Origin: Carpediemonas membranifera BICM
Lineage: Eukaryota > Protista > Fornicata
Direction of reading: 5' to 3'
DNA length: 64,000 nt
Assembly: GCA_019828565.1 (NCBI GenBank)
Contig: JAHDYR010000064.1
Coordinates: 372,001 to 436,000 of the forward strand
Numbering within the stretch: position 1 is the first letter of the stretch; each line of letters opens with the position of its first letter. The notes beneath the pieces are model-generated. The model was not told the origin of the DNA, ran no database searches, and saw nothing but the letters and a program-made list of their open reading frames with translations. A program made the translations under genes and the position numbers. Shown here one piece after another: positions 53,369-64,000 of the stretch.

Positions 53369-54008
53369 ATGGTGACTTTGGTGAACGCAGTATGCTCGTT
53401 TGTGTCAATATTTTGCTGTTCACACAGGTATCTGCCGATTCTGGCGAGGACGTTGACCGAGATCAGGTTCAAGACAGCATTCGCCGTCTCGGTCGTAGCA
53501 ACCAGAAGTTTAATCGTAAGATTAGGGCATGTTCTCCTTCTTTCAGCTCACACAGACGACCCTAGCCTCGGTATACGGAACCATTGCGGGATTCTTCATT
53601 ATCTCCATCTTCTGCGACTTTTTCACCCCAACAAGCTTCCTGTCGCACGCATCTGGTCTTGCCCGCAGCAGTCACCGCGAGAGCACCTCGCTTGTTGCCA
53701 TCTCTGACGCCCTCACGGCCGCGACATGCATCCTGCTCTCCGTCTGGATCAAGAAGAACCCGCTGCATCCCTGCCCCGGTGTCCGCACTGCCGCCCTAGT
53801 TCTTTCGATCGTCGTCCTTCCCCTGTGGACGTCTGTCGTCTCCATCGTCATGACGGCGTCCTTCTTCAACATGCGCTGGGACGAGTGGATCTATCCGTTC
53901 GTCCCTCTTGTCGCATACAAGTTCGTCAAGCTCGTCGACGGTCTCATCGTCGCGTCGGAGGTCGGGATGCGTGAACTTCGCCAAGTCGGTGTCTCGATCG
54001 AGGACTAA
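53369..54008 (+). CDS. Multi-pass membrane protein; introns 53398-53427 (optional, in frame) and 53516-53555
   Basis: Consensus introns join ORFs 53348 and 53529; about 4-5 TM helices. Confidence 0.55.
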
Positions 54009-54111
54009 GGCGCTGCATCAAAAGGAGGGGAGGGGTCATGGGTGCTGGCCAGTTAGTTGGTGTCTGGTCCCGACATTTGGTGGTTGCGAAGTTTTGTCAA
54101 ACGCCAGGAAG

Positions 54112-54819
54112 ATGATCAAGAACATCCGAAGCATTGTTAGAGTACGTGTAAAACGAATACCATCGATACCGCTCAGTATCAGCGACCTGACGCCCAAAGA
54201 TGAGACCTATATCGCAAGACTAAAGGTGATACTCGATCCCGTCGATCTCAGTTGCCTTGGGGAGAACGGCGACATCGTTCTCGCTAGATACCTCAGAGCA
54301 AGCCGCTATCGCATCTACAAGGCGCATCATCGAATCCGTCTTAACATCGGAACCGCCAAGATCGAACGCACCGGGCCCCCCGACCCCCGGCCATGTCTCG
54401 CTGTCCTCGCCGCCAGCTCTGTGCAGGGTTACCCGACCATCGTCACCCAGGCGACGGCTCTTCTGGCCAAGACCCGACCGTCTGTCCGTCGCTGCGTCGG
54501 CCTGGCCCTGGACTCCCTCGATGACGGTCATCGGTACGACATCCTCCCATTCCTGTTCATGGTCGACTGCCACGGGGTCCGGCCTGTCGAGTACCACAGG
54601 CTGGGCCGTCGTCTGGCCGTCATCGTGAGTGTGTTCCGCCAACATCCCTGCCGCCGCGGGCCACTGGTGTTGTTCAACGCCCCACTGAGCCTCAAATTGC
54701 TCGCCAGAGTCGGTTCGCAAGTCTACCCGCGTGGATCGAGCCGCTGCGTTCCCGCCCTGCTTGGAGATGCGACGCCGGTATGGTGGGGCGGGCCTGGAAG
54801 CGCCACGTGGATTAGCTAG
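54112..54819 (+). CDS. CRAL-TRIO/Sec14-like protein
   Basis: DIVLARYLRA, MVDCHG, LFNAP, PVWWGG. Confidence 0.6.
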   Translation: MIKNIRSIVRVRVKRIPSIPLSISDLTPKDETYIARLKVILDPVDLSCLGENGDIVLARYLRASRYRIYKAHHRIRLNIGTAKIERTGPPDPRPCLAVLAASSVQGYPTIVTQATALLAKTRPSVRRCVGLALDSLDDGHRYDILPFLFMVDCHGVRPVEYHRLGRRLAVIVSVFRQHPCRRGPLVLFNAPLSLKLLARVGSQVYPRGSSRCVPALLGDATPVWWGGPGSATWIS

Positions 54820-54941
54820 ATGTGATTATGTCTGAATCAAAGATGCAACATAAGATTTGGGATACAGATTTTGATCTCGACTCGGCGGAGTCATGAGAGT
54901 CGCTGACTGGCCGAACGAATCTTGGCGTTTCTCGCAAAAGA

Positions 54942-55834
54942 ATGGCTACTTTCTATTGCAAGGTACGTTTTGTTGATTGCCATGGCACTTTTAAGCTGTG
55001 TAGTACTGAGATATTGCATCCGCCACATGCTGTCAAGAGCAATACATCGACCTTCTCATACAGACCGGTAACTCGGACAAGATCAACATCGTGAAGCCGA
55101 ACCCCGCTATCATTGGTCGCTGCATTAAGTGGGTGAGCACCAAGAGTGATACCAATCCTGGTATTGGCAAGTGGATGATGCTTCACGCCATTGCTTGGGT
55201 CTGCCTCTTCATTCTCTTCATTCCATGCGAGGCGATCGCCACTGTCCTGACCCCGTTCACCGGCGGTCTCAGCCACTTCGTCGGTGTTTCCCTTCCCGTC
55301 ATCATCTTCTATAACATCCTCCTCGGCAACCTCAGCGAGTCTATGTGGCTCTGCGCCCACGGTCAGATCCCAGAGTCTCTGATCGACTACTTCCGCCCCA
55401 AGTCTGAGAGCGCAAAGGGTGCCCTGATCATCACCATCGCGATGCTCCTCCTCAACCTCGTCGGCGTGGCCCTCCCCATCCTTGTAATCATCCCATTCAT
55501 CATGAAAATCGTCACCCAGCCCACCATCGGCTTCATCAAGGCCAACTACCCCGAGTACTCTGCTGGCGACATCGTCAAGAAGCAGGTCGAGGTCTTCACG
55601 AAGAACTGGGTCTACCAGGTCGTGTTCAACCTCCTCACGTCCATAGTCATGCTGTTCGAGATCATCACCCTGTTCTCCGGCACGATCATCACGCGACCCA
55701 TCATGCATGCCGTCTTCGTCTACTACCACGGTCTTGTCTTTGGTGAGGTTGTCGACGTTGATGACGAGGCGGATGCTAAGCAGGCTGTCGAGACCACCAA
55801 CCCCCTTGCTCGGAAGCCTGAGAATCAGGAGTAA
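54942..55834 (+). CDS. Multi-pass membrane protein; 101-nt intron 54963-55063
   Basis: MATFYCK exon spliced in phase 0 to the hydrophobic ORF. Confidence 0.65.
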
Positions 55835-56053
55835 TCTGCACATTAAATGGCATTGCCGTGACGATATCTGGAGCCATGGATACGGTGGAGAAACCAGCAC
55901 CAGGCTCACGATGTGCTGTGAGCAAAGGACGATGGAAGGAGGCACAGGGCGACTGACCGGGAACGGGAGGGATCTCCCGGCAGCTTGGCAGGCTTGGACC
56001 ATTTATGTGTATACATTTGGCCACGTCACAGCACGTGTCAATCTTGCAACAAC

Positions 56054-56815
56054 ATGAACAACGAAGCTGAGCTTCAAACCCGCTCGCCAGTCGTTAAAGA
56101 AGCAGAAAGTGTACCTCATATAGATGTAGAGGTGAATGTATCGCCCGAACCCCCCGTCGTACCTGTACATTCGCAGCAAGCGGACCCTTCCCCAGCGCCA
56201 GACCTGCACACGCCAATGGCGTTCCCAGAAGAAGCTACGGCCAAGTTCTCTCTCAGAGACCAGTTACATGCAGAGACGCTGCCCGATATGGCTCACGGCC
56301 TGCTCGGCCAAGTGCGGAACTCTTACAACCGGCTCCTGGTGCTCTCCCAGCCGAAGAAGCGAGAGCGCTGGATCATAGCAGCGGTGCTCACTGTCATATT
56401 CCTCCTTCGCGTGCTCGTGGCGCAGCGGTGGTGGTTTATTGCCTACTGTAGCTGGGTGTACATCCTCTCCCGGGCCGTCCTCTTCGTCACGCCCAATGTG
56501 GACCCCGAGGACAGCCCGTCCAACTCCCTGCCGACGTATGAGAACGACGAGTACCGCCCCTTCGTGTCCAGGCTATCCGAGTTCCGCTTCTGGAGACGGT
56601 ATACCGAGACCCACGTAATCTCACTGGTGTTAACTCTGACAACACTCACTGACGTTCCCGTTATATGGCAGATCCTGGTGGTCTACTTTGTCATCCTCGC
56701 GGGCTTCTCTATTGGCCGGGAAGTCCACCGCATGCGGAAGTACGGGTATGCCCCGGACGTCCCCGTGCTGAGGAGGATCGCCGGGCTGACAGCCAAACCC
56801 AAGTTCAGCAGGTAG
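56054..56815 (+). CDS. RER1: ER retrieval receptor Rer1
   Basis: RW, FVTPNVDP, LPTYENDEYRPFVSRLSEFRFW, DVPVIWQILVVYF, MRKYGYAP. Confidence 0.92.
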   Translation: MNNEAELQTRSPVVKEAESVPHIDVEVNVSPEPPVVPVHSQQADPSPAPDLHTPMAFPEEATAKFSLRDQLHAETLPDMAHGLLGQVRNSYNRLLVLSQPKKRERWIIAAVLTVIFLLRVLVAQRWWFIAYCSWVYILSRAVLFVTPNVDPEDSPSNSLPTYENDEYRPFVSRLSEFRFWRRYTETHVISLVLTLTTLTDVPVIWQILVVYFVILAGFSIGREVHRMRKYGYAPDVPVLRRIAGLTAKPKFSR

Positions 56816-57048
56816 GCGGCTGGGATTAGACCATATCTCCCGTGAATAAACCCCCGCGTGTGACAGCCAGGGCTGGGGAGTTGAGCGCTCAACATCCCCT
56901 GCACCCCCCAGACAACTACTTCCCAGACATAGCCGCTAAATGCTTTGCTGGTGCGGGGCCCACTGACGACCGACATGAGGATGAATAACAAACCATCCGA
57001 CCTGGTGACTGCAGGTGCAGTTTATCGTACATCTTCTTCACTTCAAAG

Positions 57049-57273
57049 ATGCTCGCTAAGGCTATTACAACCGCAGCCGTAGACTGTGCTGCCCTTGCTT
57101 TCTTTACTGTAGCAATTTCGCGTGCTACTCGTATCCCGATCCCAACTGAAAGGCTCCAGAACGATAGAGCTCGCCATATCGCCGATTCCTTTGTCTCTGT
57201 GGGCAATCTTCTTTGCGACAACGCCCACAAGATGCTAGACAGCTCGCGTCTTGACGATGATAGCCGTAAGTAA
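57049..57273 (+). CDS. Possible small membrane protein (74 aa)
   Basis: ATG ORF with a hydrophobic N-terminus. Confidence 0.3.
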   Translation: MLAKAITTAAVDCAALAFFTVAISRATRIPIPTERLQNDRARHIADSFVSVGNLLCDNAHKMLDSSRLDDDSRK

Positions 57274-57609
57274 GCCGTAGACCCCGCCCCTAGCCTCCGT
57301 CAATGTCGATAAACGCCCTAGTTGTGCATGATGATTGACGCCCGTTGCGTGTATCACAGCCCACAACGCTGACATGCCCTCCAGCTGGGCCCATACGATA
57401 TCGGTCCGCGAGGCCAATCGCATCGTCATCACACGTCATCGAGCTCAAAAAGGATGTGGCGGATGGGCAGATGGGGCAGTCAACAGGCGTGCCGCAATAC
57501 ATGTCCGCGCCCGGCCGTGTTTGTGCCCGCGGCTATTCCTGGCAGGTGGGTGCGTGGATCATGACAACCCAGATCCCGGCATCCCGGCTGAACGAACGAA
57601 ACGCAATAG

Positions 57610-58264
57610 ATGCCCTTAGTTGGAAAAGGGAGCAAGAAGAACGCCATTCCCAATGCCGAGGCGCTGACGGGCAGTCTTAAGGGCATGAGCACGAGCAATA
57701 TGATGTGGGAGAAGAGGATCGAGGCCGAGAAGGCTCGCGCTAGGGAGTTTGCACAGTCGCTGACAGTAACACAGGTTGATTCGCAAGGATGACCGCGCAA
57801 ATGCCCAGCTTGCTTTACGACGAGCGCGGCAGTTTGAGCATATGGTCAACCGCACGACGGCCATGATGGGCAACCTGGAGACCATCCAGATGGGCATCCA
57901 GTCGGCACAGCAGAGCGCCATATTCGTGGACACCCTGACTGTCGCCAAGAAGGAGCTCGACACTGCCGCCAAGACGATCGATACCGACAAAGTCCAGGAC
58001 ATGATGGACGACATGGCGGACAAGATGGACGAGATCAACGCCACTACGGAGCTGCTGTCCGAGGACATGGGCATGGGCATGGACCTCGACGTCGGGGACG
58101 AGCTCGCCGCCCTCGAGGCCGAGCTGGCGACAGAGTCGATGGCCGAGTTCTCCGCGGTCTCGGCCAATGCCCCGCCCATGCAGATACCCGGAGCTGGTGT
58201 CACTGCTCCACCGGCGGCGACTCGACCCAGCGAGGTCGACTCCCTCGAGGACATGTTCACATAA
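57610..58264 (+). CDS. ESCRT-III Snf7-family protein (Vps32/Vps20-like); intron 57747-57774
   Basis: Spliced IEAEKARARELIRKDDRANAQLALRR, NLETIQ, DKVQDMMDD, ELAALEAE. Confidence 0.85.
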
Positions 58265-58548
58265 AGACCGACGATCACGAGGCTGGGCAGAGTCGGGCGA
58301 TGTTATTGGACACTGAACTTGACCACCCAGGGGAGACTGTTGGCTTACCACATCTGCATCCGATACGACAGTGATTGGATTCTTCTCGGGACCAAACACG
58401 CATAACCCCAGAACAAGGACGCCGATGGGGGTATGGTCTGTTCTCGGGGCCGAAGATTTGATGCGATTTCCGTCTTCCCGGGTCGTGCCACTCAAATTTT
58501 GAGATTCTGCTGCCGATCAAAAAGGCGTTCTCCTCACACCTGGGCTCT

Positions 58549-59407
58549 ATGACGATGGCCTCTTCACTAGATGACGCCAGAAGCTTGGTAACACAGGTGG
58601 AGCTCCCTAAGGCGATTTCATCCACGCATCCGCGCCCTCGCTCGCTTGAGGTCCGTTCTGCCAACTACACCGTGGTCGAGAGCACCACAGAGGCCAAAAC
58701 CGCCTCCATTCTTAGAAAGCTGTTCAAACTGTTCTCTGTTGGGCTTAAGGTGTGCTTCCAAACTTCCGCTCCGATGCTTGAGCACGACAGCGGCGCCGTT
58801 CTACTCGGACCCAGACAGCCACACAGCCACAAGAAGTGCCTCGTGCTCGACCTGGATGAGACGCTCGTCCACTCGACGCTGAAGCCCATGGACTGCCCCG
58901 ACTTCATCGTGCCCGTCTCTGTGGCCGGCGAGCTCCACCACTTCTACGGTCAGTGCCACCACACGCTCTCACACAGTCAAGAAGCGCCCCGGTGTGGACG
59001 CCTTCCTCGAGTATGCCGGCAATCACTTCGAAGTGGTCGTATTCACGGCCTCGATGCCCTCGTACGCCTCTCCCGTGATCGATATGCTCGACCTCACACA
59101 GACCGTGTCCGCCAGACTCTACCGCGACTCCTGCCGCATCGTCGACGGGGACTACGTCAAGGACCTGGACGTCTTGGGGCGGCCCCTGAACGAGACGCTC
59201 ATCGTCGACAACTCACCCCTGTCCTACAAGACGCACACCGCCAACGCCATAGGGATAGAGACATGGATCCAGAGGGAGGACGATGCCGAGCTGAAACGGG
59301 TCCAGACTCTGCTCGAACTCCTCCGGGACCAACACGACGTCCGACCCATCCTCCTCGAGCTGAGGGCCCATGAGCTGGGGGCCGACCCGGACTTCCTGGG
59401 AAAGTAG
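58549..59407 (+). CDS. CTD small phosphatase (FCP1/SCP/Psr family); intron 58949-58976
   Basis: [20 protein letters not shown] after splicing, VVVFTAS, YVKDL, IVDNSP. Confidence 0.92.
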
Positions 59408-59768
59408 GTAGACGGTAGCACCGACGGAACATAGAGTTTATAAACCGGGATAGAGGGGGGTGCTTGGCCGTCACTGGATGGTGGTGCTGTGGGCGGCAGG
59501 GGGCTGTAGATGGTGGATGATGAGCTACGAACCGACTACGAACTTTCCCGATTATTCTCGACCACCCTTCGCACGGTACAGCGTCACAGTGACATCTGAG
59601 TGACAGCCAGCGGGGCAGCAGACCTGAACGCTGTCGACACATCATGGAGAGTGCACGCTGATGAAGACTTGTGGGGGATGACAGTCGGGTCACCGTGACT
59701 GAATCAGCTGGATCGCCGTATCGAGCACTTTTACCGACCGAGCTGTAGCTCACTGGAAATCGACCATA

Positions 59769-60950
59769 ATGAACTCTTCTGCTCTAATCCAATTGGATTC
59801 AGAAGGAAAGGAGGATTACTTTAACGTACCAATGCTAAGGAGGGTTTTGTCATTGCTGAACGTCCGCGAGGCGAAGGGACAAGAGATTGCAGCCTCCGTA
59901 TTCGACAAGCTGATGGCCACGACCTCTTCTATCGATAAGGATCCTGTCTGCATCCACAAAGTCACGAAGGACGAGCTCTGGGCCGTGTTCTCGAAGCAGT
60001 TGAAGAAACCGGGAGTGTATGCCGACGCCGTGGACTTCTGGCGGGCATGGCAGGTCCAGTTCCGCCACCGCAACGTCGTCATTCTCATCGGGGGGACATC
60101 TGGGTGCGGCAAGAGCACGCTGGCCTCTCTCCTGGCCTCGAGGCTCGGCATCCAACGCGTTGTGTCGACGGACAACATCCGGTCCATGATGCGGTCGCAC
60201 ATCCCAGCGTCGGAGTGCCCCATCCTGCACGTCAGCACTTACAACACGGACACTGTGACGCCCCGCGAGGATGCTGCCACCAGCCCGCCGCTGAGTCCTG
60301 ACACGCTGACCGAGCGGGAGATGAGCGTGAGTTCGTCGCCCATCAACTCCTTCCGGCGCCGGGAGAAGGACAAGGACAAGCGGAGGCCGCGGCCCAAGGA
60401 ACCCCGGTTGGTGCAGGGCTGGCGGGACCAGTGCGACGCCGTCGTGTGGCCCATGCTGGACGCGTTTCTGAGCCGCATGCAGGCCACTAATGAGAGTGCG
60501 ATAGTGGAAGGGGTGCACCTGAGTCCGGCGAACATGGTGCGGCTGGCGGAGACGTACAGGTGCATCCCGGTCGTGCTGTACATCAAGGACGAGAAGCGGC
60601 AGCGGCATAGGATGGCGGTGAGGTCGAAATACATGACTGAGGACCCCGCACATAACACGTATATCCGGCATATCGGCAACATCCGCAAGATCCAGGCGGC
60701 CTTCACAAACGATGCCCGGAGGTTCAAGATCCCCGTCGAGGAGAACTCCAACATCGACGAGACCCTCACCCGGCTCCACGCCATGCTCCTGATCTGTCTC
60801 CGGGAGCTGGGTGACGCAACGGACTCCCGGGGCCTGATGGGTGACCGGGCCCGGGGCAAGGGGCCGAGCACGCAGACGCTGTGCCGGGTAGAAGCGATCT
60901 ATCAGGGGGTTAGTGACAGTGTGGAGCGGCTCCGGGAGGTGGTGATGTGA
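59769..60950 (+). CDS. 2-phosphoglycerate kinase-like P-loop protein (LPA1-like)
   Basis: GGTSGCGKSTLASLLASRLG, STDNIR, IVEGVHL, N.NID. Confidence 0.8.
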   Translation: MNSSALIQLDSEGKEDYFNVPMLRRVLSLLNVREAKGQEIAASVFDKLMATTSSIDKDPVCIHKVTKDELWAVFSKQLKKPGVYADAVDFWRAWQVQFRHRNVVILIGGTSGCGKSTLASLLASRLGIQRVVSTDNIRSMMRSHIPASECPILHVSTYNTDTVTPREDAATSPPLSPDTLTEREMSVSSSPINSFRRREKDKDKRRPRPKEPRLVQGWRDQCDAVVWPMLDAFLSRMQATNESAIVEGVHLSPANMVRLAETYRCIPVVLYIKDEKRQRHRMAVRSKYMTEDPAHNTYIRHIGNIRKIQAAFTNDARRFKIPVEENSNIDETLTRLHAMLLICLRELGDATDSRGLMGDRARGKGPSTQTLCRVEAIYQGVSDSVERLREVVM

Positions 60951-61379
60951 GCACCGGGTTCGAGGACATACTGATGATTCGACATGACTTTCAGTGATCA
61001 TAACAGACATAGCATCAATCGCACAGAACTAAACTCATTGCTCATTGGCGGTGACAGGCTGTGGTCGTGGGCCATACCCGGGGGGTCGCCCTTGGTCCAT
61101 CCCGGTGTCTGGATAACGTATGGTACTGCTCTATGTAGCTCCCATGCATGCCAGGCCTCTCACACCAGAAGGACATTAATCAAGGGATGGCTGCGAAGAG
61201 AGCCAAATGATGAAGAGAAATTAAAGATCGGCCCAGTTGAGTCCCAGTGTGGCCCCATGACGGTGCATGGGGTATCCCTTGGTTCGTGTCGCAGTCAGTC
61301 GAGTCGCATGGGTCCGCGAACAATCCATCCGACCTCGCACTTGGCATCTCCACATCACACAACAGTGGAGTATGATATA

Positions 61380-63101
61380 ATGGACGGCAATAGCGACGAC
61401 GACACATCAGATAGCAGCTTATATGGCAGCAGCGACGCGCACAGTCATGCATTCCCCTTAAACAGCAACGAGCCGCGAGAGTGGCACAAGATAACCCCGC
61501 CAGCACAAACAGATGAAGAGTCTGCAGGAAATGACCAGTCCAGTGGCGATCTGGACGAAAGCTCGGACTGTGCACCTGGGGCACTTCCCTCAAGCGGGTC
61601 AGACGACGACGAAGCCAGCGAACCCGACGGTAGAGCCTCAGTGACCGCCGTCGCACAGGAATCAGAGGACAGTCGGACGGACCCGCCCAAGAAGGGCACG
61701 ACAGCGCTCCTCCGCTGGCCCATCCCTCTCCTGTTCGTCCTGTACTGTATCCCCGCGCTCCTAGGCACGACCAGCCTCATGCTATACGCCCTGGTCGACA
61801 TGATCGTCATTGGCAGGGCGTGTGGAGCCGACGCCATGGCCGGTGTGAGTCTGTTCACACCCCTCGACAGCGTCATCACAACCATTGGCGTGAGCCTCGG
61901 CGTCGGTGTGGGTGCGGGCGTGTCGACGTCTCTTGGCCAGAAAAACGTCGCGCGGGCTCGTAAAATGGCCGGAAACGCGATCACGCTGGTTCTAGCGCTG
62001 GGCGTGGTGGCGCCGGTCCCGATGCTCGTGCTCCTTTACCCCTTTCTCCAGCTGACTGGCGCCGACTCAGCCTCCATGCCGCACGCCCTGTACTACTCCC
62101 TCGTCATGCTGCCCACGTCCGCCGTGTTCCTGGCCCCACACATCGTCACGGCAATGCTGCGGGCCGACGAGAAGCCCGTCGCGTCCATGCTCCTGACGCT
62201 CGTGGCGTCCGTCCTCAACATCGGTCTCGACGTCCTCTTCGTCTTCGGGTTCGGCTGGGGCACCACGGGCGCCGCCGTTGCCTCGGTTATCAGCGACCTG
62301 CTTGCCACGATTGCGTCCTTCGCCTACTACTACACGCCCGTCTACTTCTTGATCCATCCCCGCGCCGACCGGACCCGCGCCCTTGTTCTCCCGTGGCGCT
62401 GCTATGTCCCTGACGTCTCCTGCATGGTCTTCATGGTCCGTAGCGCGGCCGTGTTCTCACTCTCTATGATCGGCTTCTCGACGATGCTCTTTCTCACCAA
62501 CATCGCCATCGACCGCATCGTACCATCGTCCCTTACGTCCTCCTATCTGGCCGGCGAGACCGCCATCTACCGGATAACGCTTCTGTGCTGCGTCCCGTTC
62601 ATCTCTATCGAGCAGGCCGTCATCCCGCTCGCCGCCTTCTACTACGGCGCGAGGCTTGCCCGCAAGACCCTCGAGGTGCTCGTGTCCGCCCTGTCTGCGG
62701 GCCTCGTCGTCGGCGTCGTGTGCTGGTTGTTCATTACCCTCCTGCCCAAGTATTACATGCGCGCGTTCACAGACGACGCAGACGCCATCGACGCGGGCGT
62801 GCTCGTTGCCCGCCGGCAGGGCATTCTCTTCGTCGTGCTCGGTGTGCTGCTCCCGGCGCAGGTCTTCCTCGTCGCCGTCCAGCGGAACAAGGCGGCCTTC
62901 ATCACCATGGCATCGAGACAGATGGTCGTCGGCAACCTCACCGTCATTCTCGGCATTGTAGTTGGGAGCATCGATCTTGTTTTCCTGGCAACCCCCATCG
63001 GGGACGTCGTGGCTTCCGTCGTCAGCGTCATCTTTCTGGGATACTTGGGCATGAAACTGGCGACTCGCAGTCGGCGCAAAGCCGTCGAGGTGAAACCTTG
63101 A
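61380..63101 (+). CDS. MATE-family multidrug efflux transporter
   Basis: LYALVDMIVIGR, SLGQK, LNIGLDVLFVFGFGWGTTGAAVAS, about 12 TM helices; acidic N-terminal extension. Confidence 0.92.
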   Translation: MDGNSDDDTSDSSLYGSSDAHSHAFPLNSNEPREWHKITPPAQTDEESAGNDQSSGDLDESSDCAPGALPSSGSDDDEASEPDGRASVTAVAQESEDSRTDPPKKGTTALLRWPIPLLFVLYCIPALLGTTSLMLYALVDMIVIGRACGADAMAGVSLFTPLDSVITTIGVSLGVGVGAGVSTSLGQKNVARARKMAGNAITLVLALGVVAPVPMLVLLYPFLQLTGADSASMPHALYYSLVMLPTSAVFLAPHIVTAMLRADEKPVASMLLTLVASVLNIGLDVLFVFGFGWGTTGAAVASVISDLLATIASFAYYYTPVYFLIHPRADRTRALVLPWRCYVPDVSCMVFMVRSAAVFSLSMIGFSTMLFLTNIAIDRIVPSSLTSSYLAGETAIYRITLLCCVPFISIEQAVIPLAAFYYGARLARKTLEVLVSALSAGLVVGVVCWLFITLLPKYYMRAFTDDADAIDAGVLVARRQGILFVVLGVLLPAQVFLVAVQRNKAAFITMASRQMVVGNLTVILGIVVGSIDLVFLATPIGDVVASVVSVIFLGYLGMKLATRSRRKAVEVKP

Positions 63102-64000
63102 GGCTTCATAAAAATCGGTTTGACTGTTGTTGACTTGAGGTCGAGTCGTCCTGGCACACAGTGATAAGCCGTTACCTGACAAAAAAGTCGGGCGGCCAGA
63201 CTCCCTGACAGCGTTCATTTGACAACTTCAACATATCGGAGAGACCTCTGCACCGTGAGGTTGGGGTTAGAGAAGGCATTGCTAACAAAGGAGTGCAGCC
63301 AGCCTGTGAGTCAAACCACTGAGCCAAAATAGACCGGCATTCCACACCCAGACACATGTGTTGGAACCGTCATAAACCTCGTGTCCATTCTTATTTGGGC
63401 AAGCGATTGACCGGGTCGCCCCGATGATGTGACATGGTGGCATGTTTCGATTGATGAATCATCTCGGGTGAGTCGCGACTTAGAACCAAACATCGGCCGA
63501 ATTTGTCACTGATCCGCACGTCGTTCAGCCGGAGCATGATCGAACCGCGCACTGTAGAAGGCCGACCCACCTTGACGAGCTCACATCGCGCGCGGTTCAA
63601 AGTGAGATACAATGACCATTTATGGCGGGTTGAGCTCATGTAACATAACTAGTTGTAGTGGTATATGCGCAACACAACAGGCAATTTCTTCATTCTATAC
63701 CTGTCAGGGTCCCTCTGCTGGTGGTTGCTCGTAAATTTCAGTTCAAGTTCATGTCTCATGTCTTCACATAGCCACACTCACATGCACTTATCCACTTCCC
63801 AAACAAGCTATCAGCGTGTCTGCGGGCCTGCTGCCTGCTACAATGTGAGATTATGCTCAAGTTAGCCTGATGGCAGTCAACCCGACGCACACCTCAAAAG
63901 GCAATGGGTATTCAAAACAAAGAAACAAAAAGCGATTCTCACTATGGGCAACACGGTTGAATGGCACAGAAGTATCCATAGCTGCGCCAAAATGGTCCGA

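Noticed and set aside
54998-55005. GTGTAGTA (U2 branch-recognition sequence) inside the long intron
   Set aside because: No U2 stem I, U6-pairing region or Sm site recognisable; an 8-mer match is likely chance
16255-58264. ESCRT/trafficking gene cluster (VPS24, BRO1, SNF7, SEC23, RER1, TVP23)
   Set aside because: Dispersed among unrelated genes; no evidence of functional clustering
63102-64000. AT-richer tail with short ORFs
   Set aside because: No recognisable gene, RNA or repeat can be supported from the sequence alone

Overview
Gene-dense eukaryotic genomic DNA with about 40 protein genes, GC-rich codons, intergenic gaps often under 200 bp, 28-40 nt GT-AG introns and flagellar/centriolar genes. 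This profile suggests a compact-genome flagellate, possibly a free-living fornicate such as Carpediemonas; that assignment is inference only. Most genes are housekeeping: NME5-like NDK, NSUN2, NAPRT, TBCE, eIF3d, VPS24, PFDN4, Sen1-like helicase, DJ-1, SEC23, BRO1, IKS1-like kinase, DHPS, Serinc, CAF-1 p60, TFIIF-beta, SF3A1, LCAT-like, Mrp/NBP35, TBC, POC5, TVP23, CFAP210, RER1, SNF7, CTD phosphatase, 2-PGK-like and MATE. The standout is a pair of related small mobile elements at 38147-38897 and 52003-53307. They share a 106-bp end (104/106 identical), very short terminal direct repeats, a polypurine tract and 10-bp flanking duplications. Their cargo is entirely different: one carries the C-terminal RuvC/zinc-finger half of a Fanzor (TnpB-like RNA-guided nuclease) followed by a hairpin, the other a gag-like plus retropepsin ORF. 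This points to a retroelement-like family linked to Fanzor, possibly multipartite. Also notable: a 157-bp inverted duplication bracketing the Serinc gene, a branch point fused to the 3' splice site in all 13 inferred introns, one long self-pairing intron, and repeated upstream motifs.
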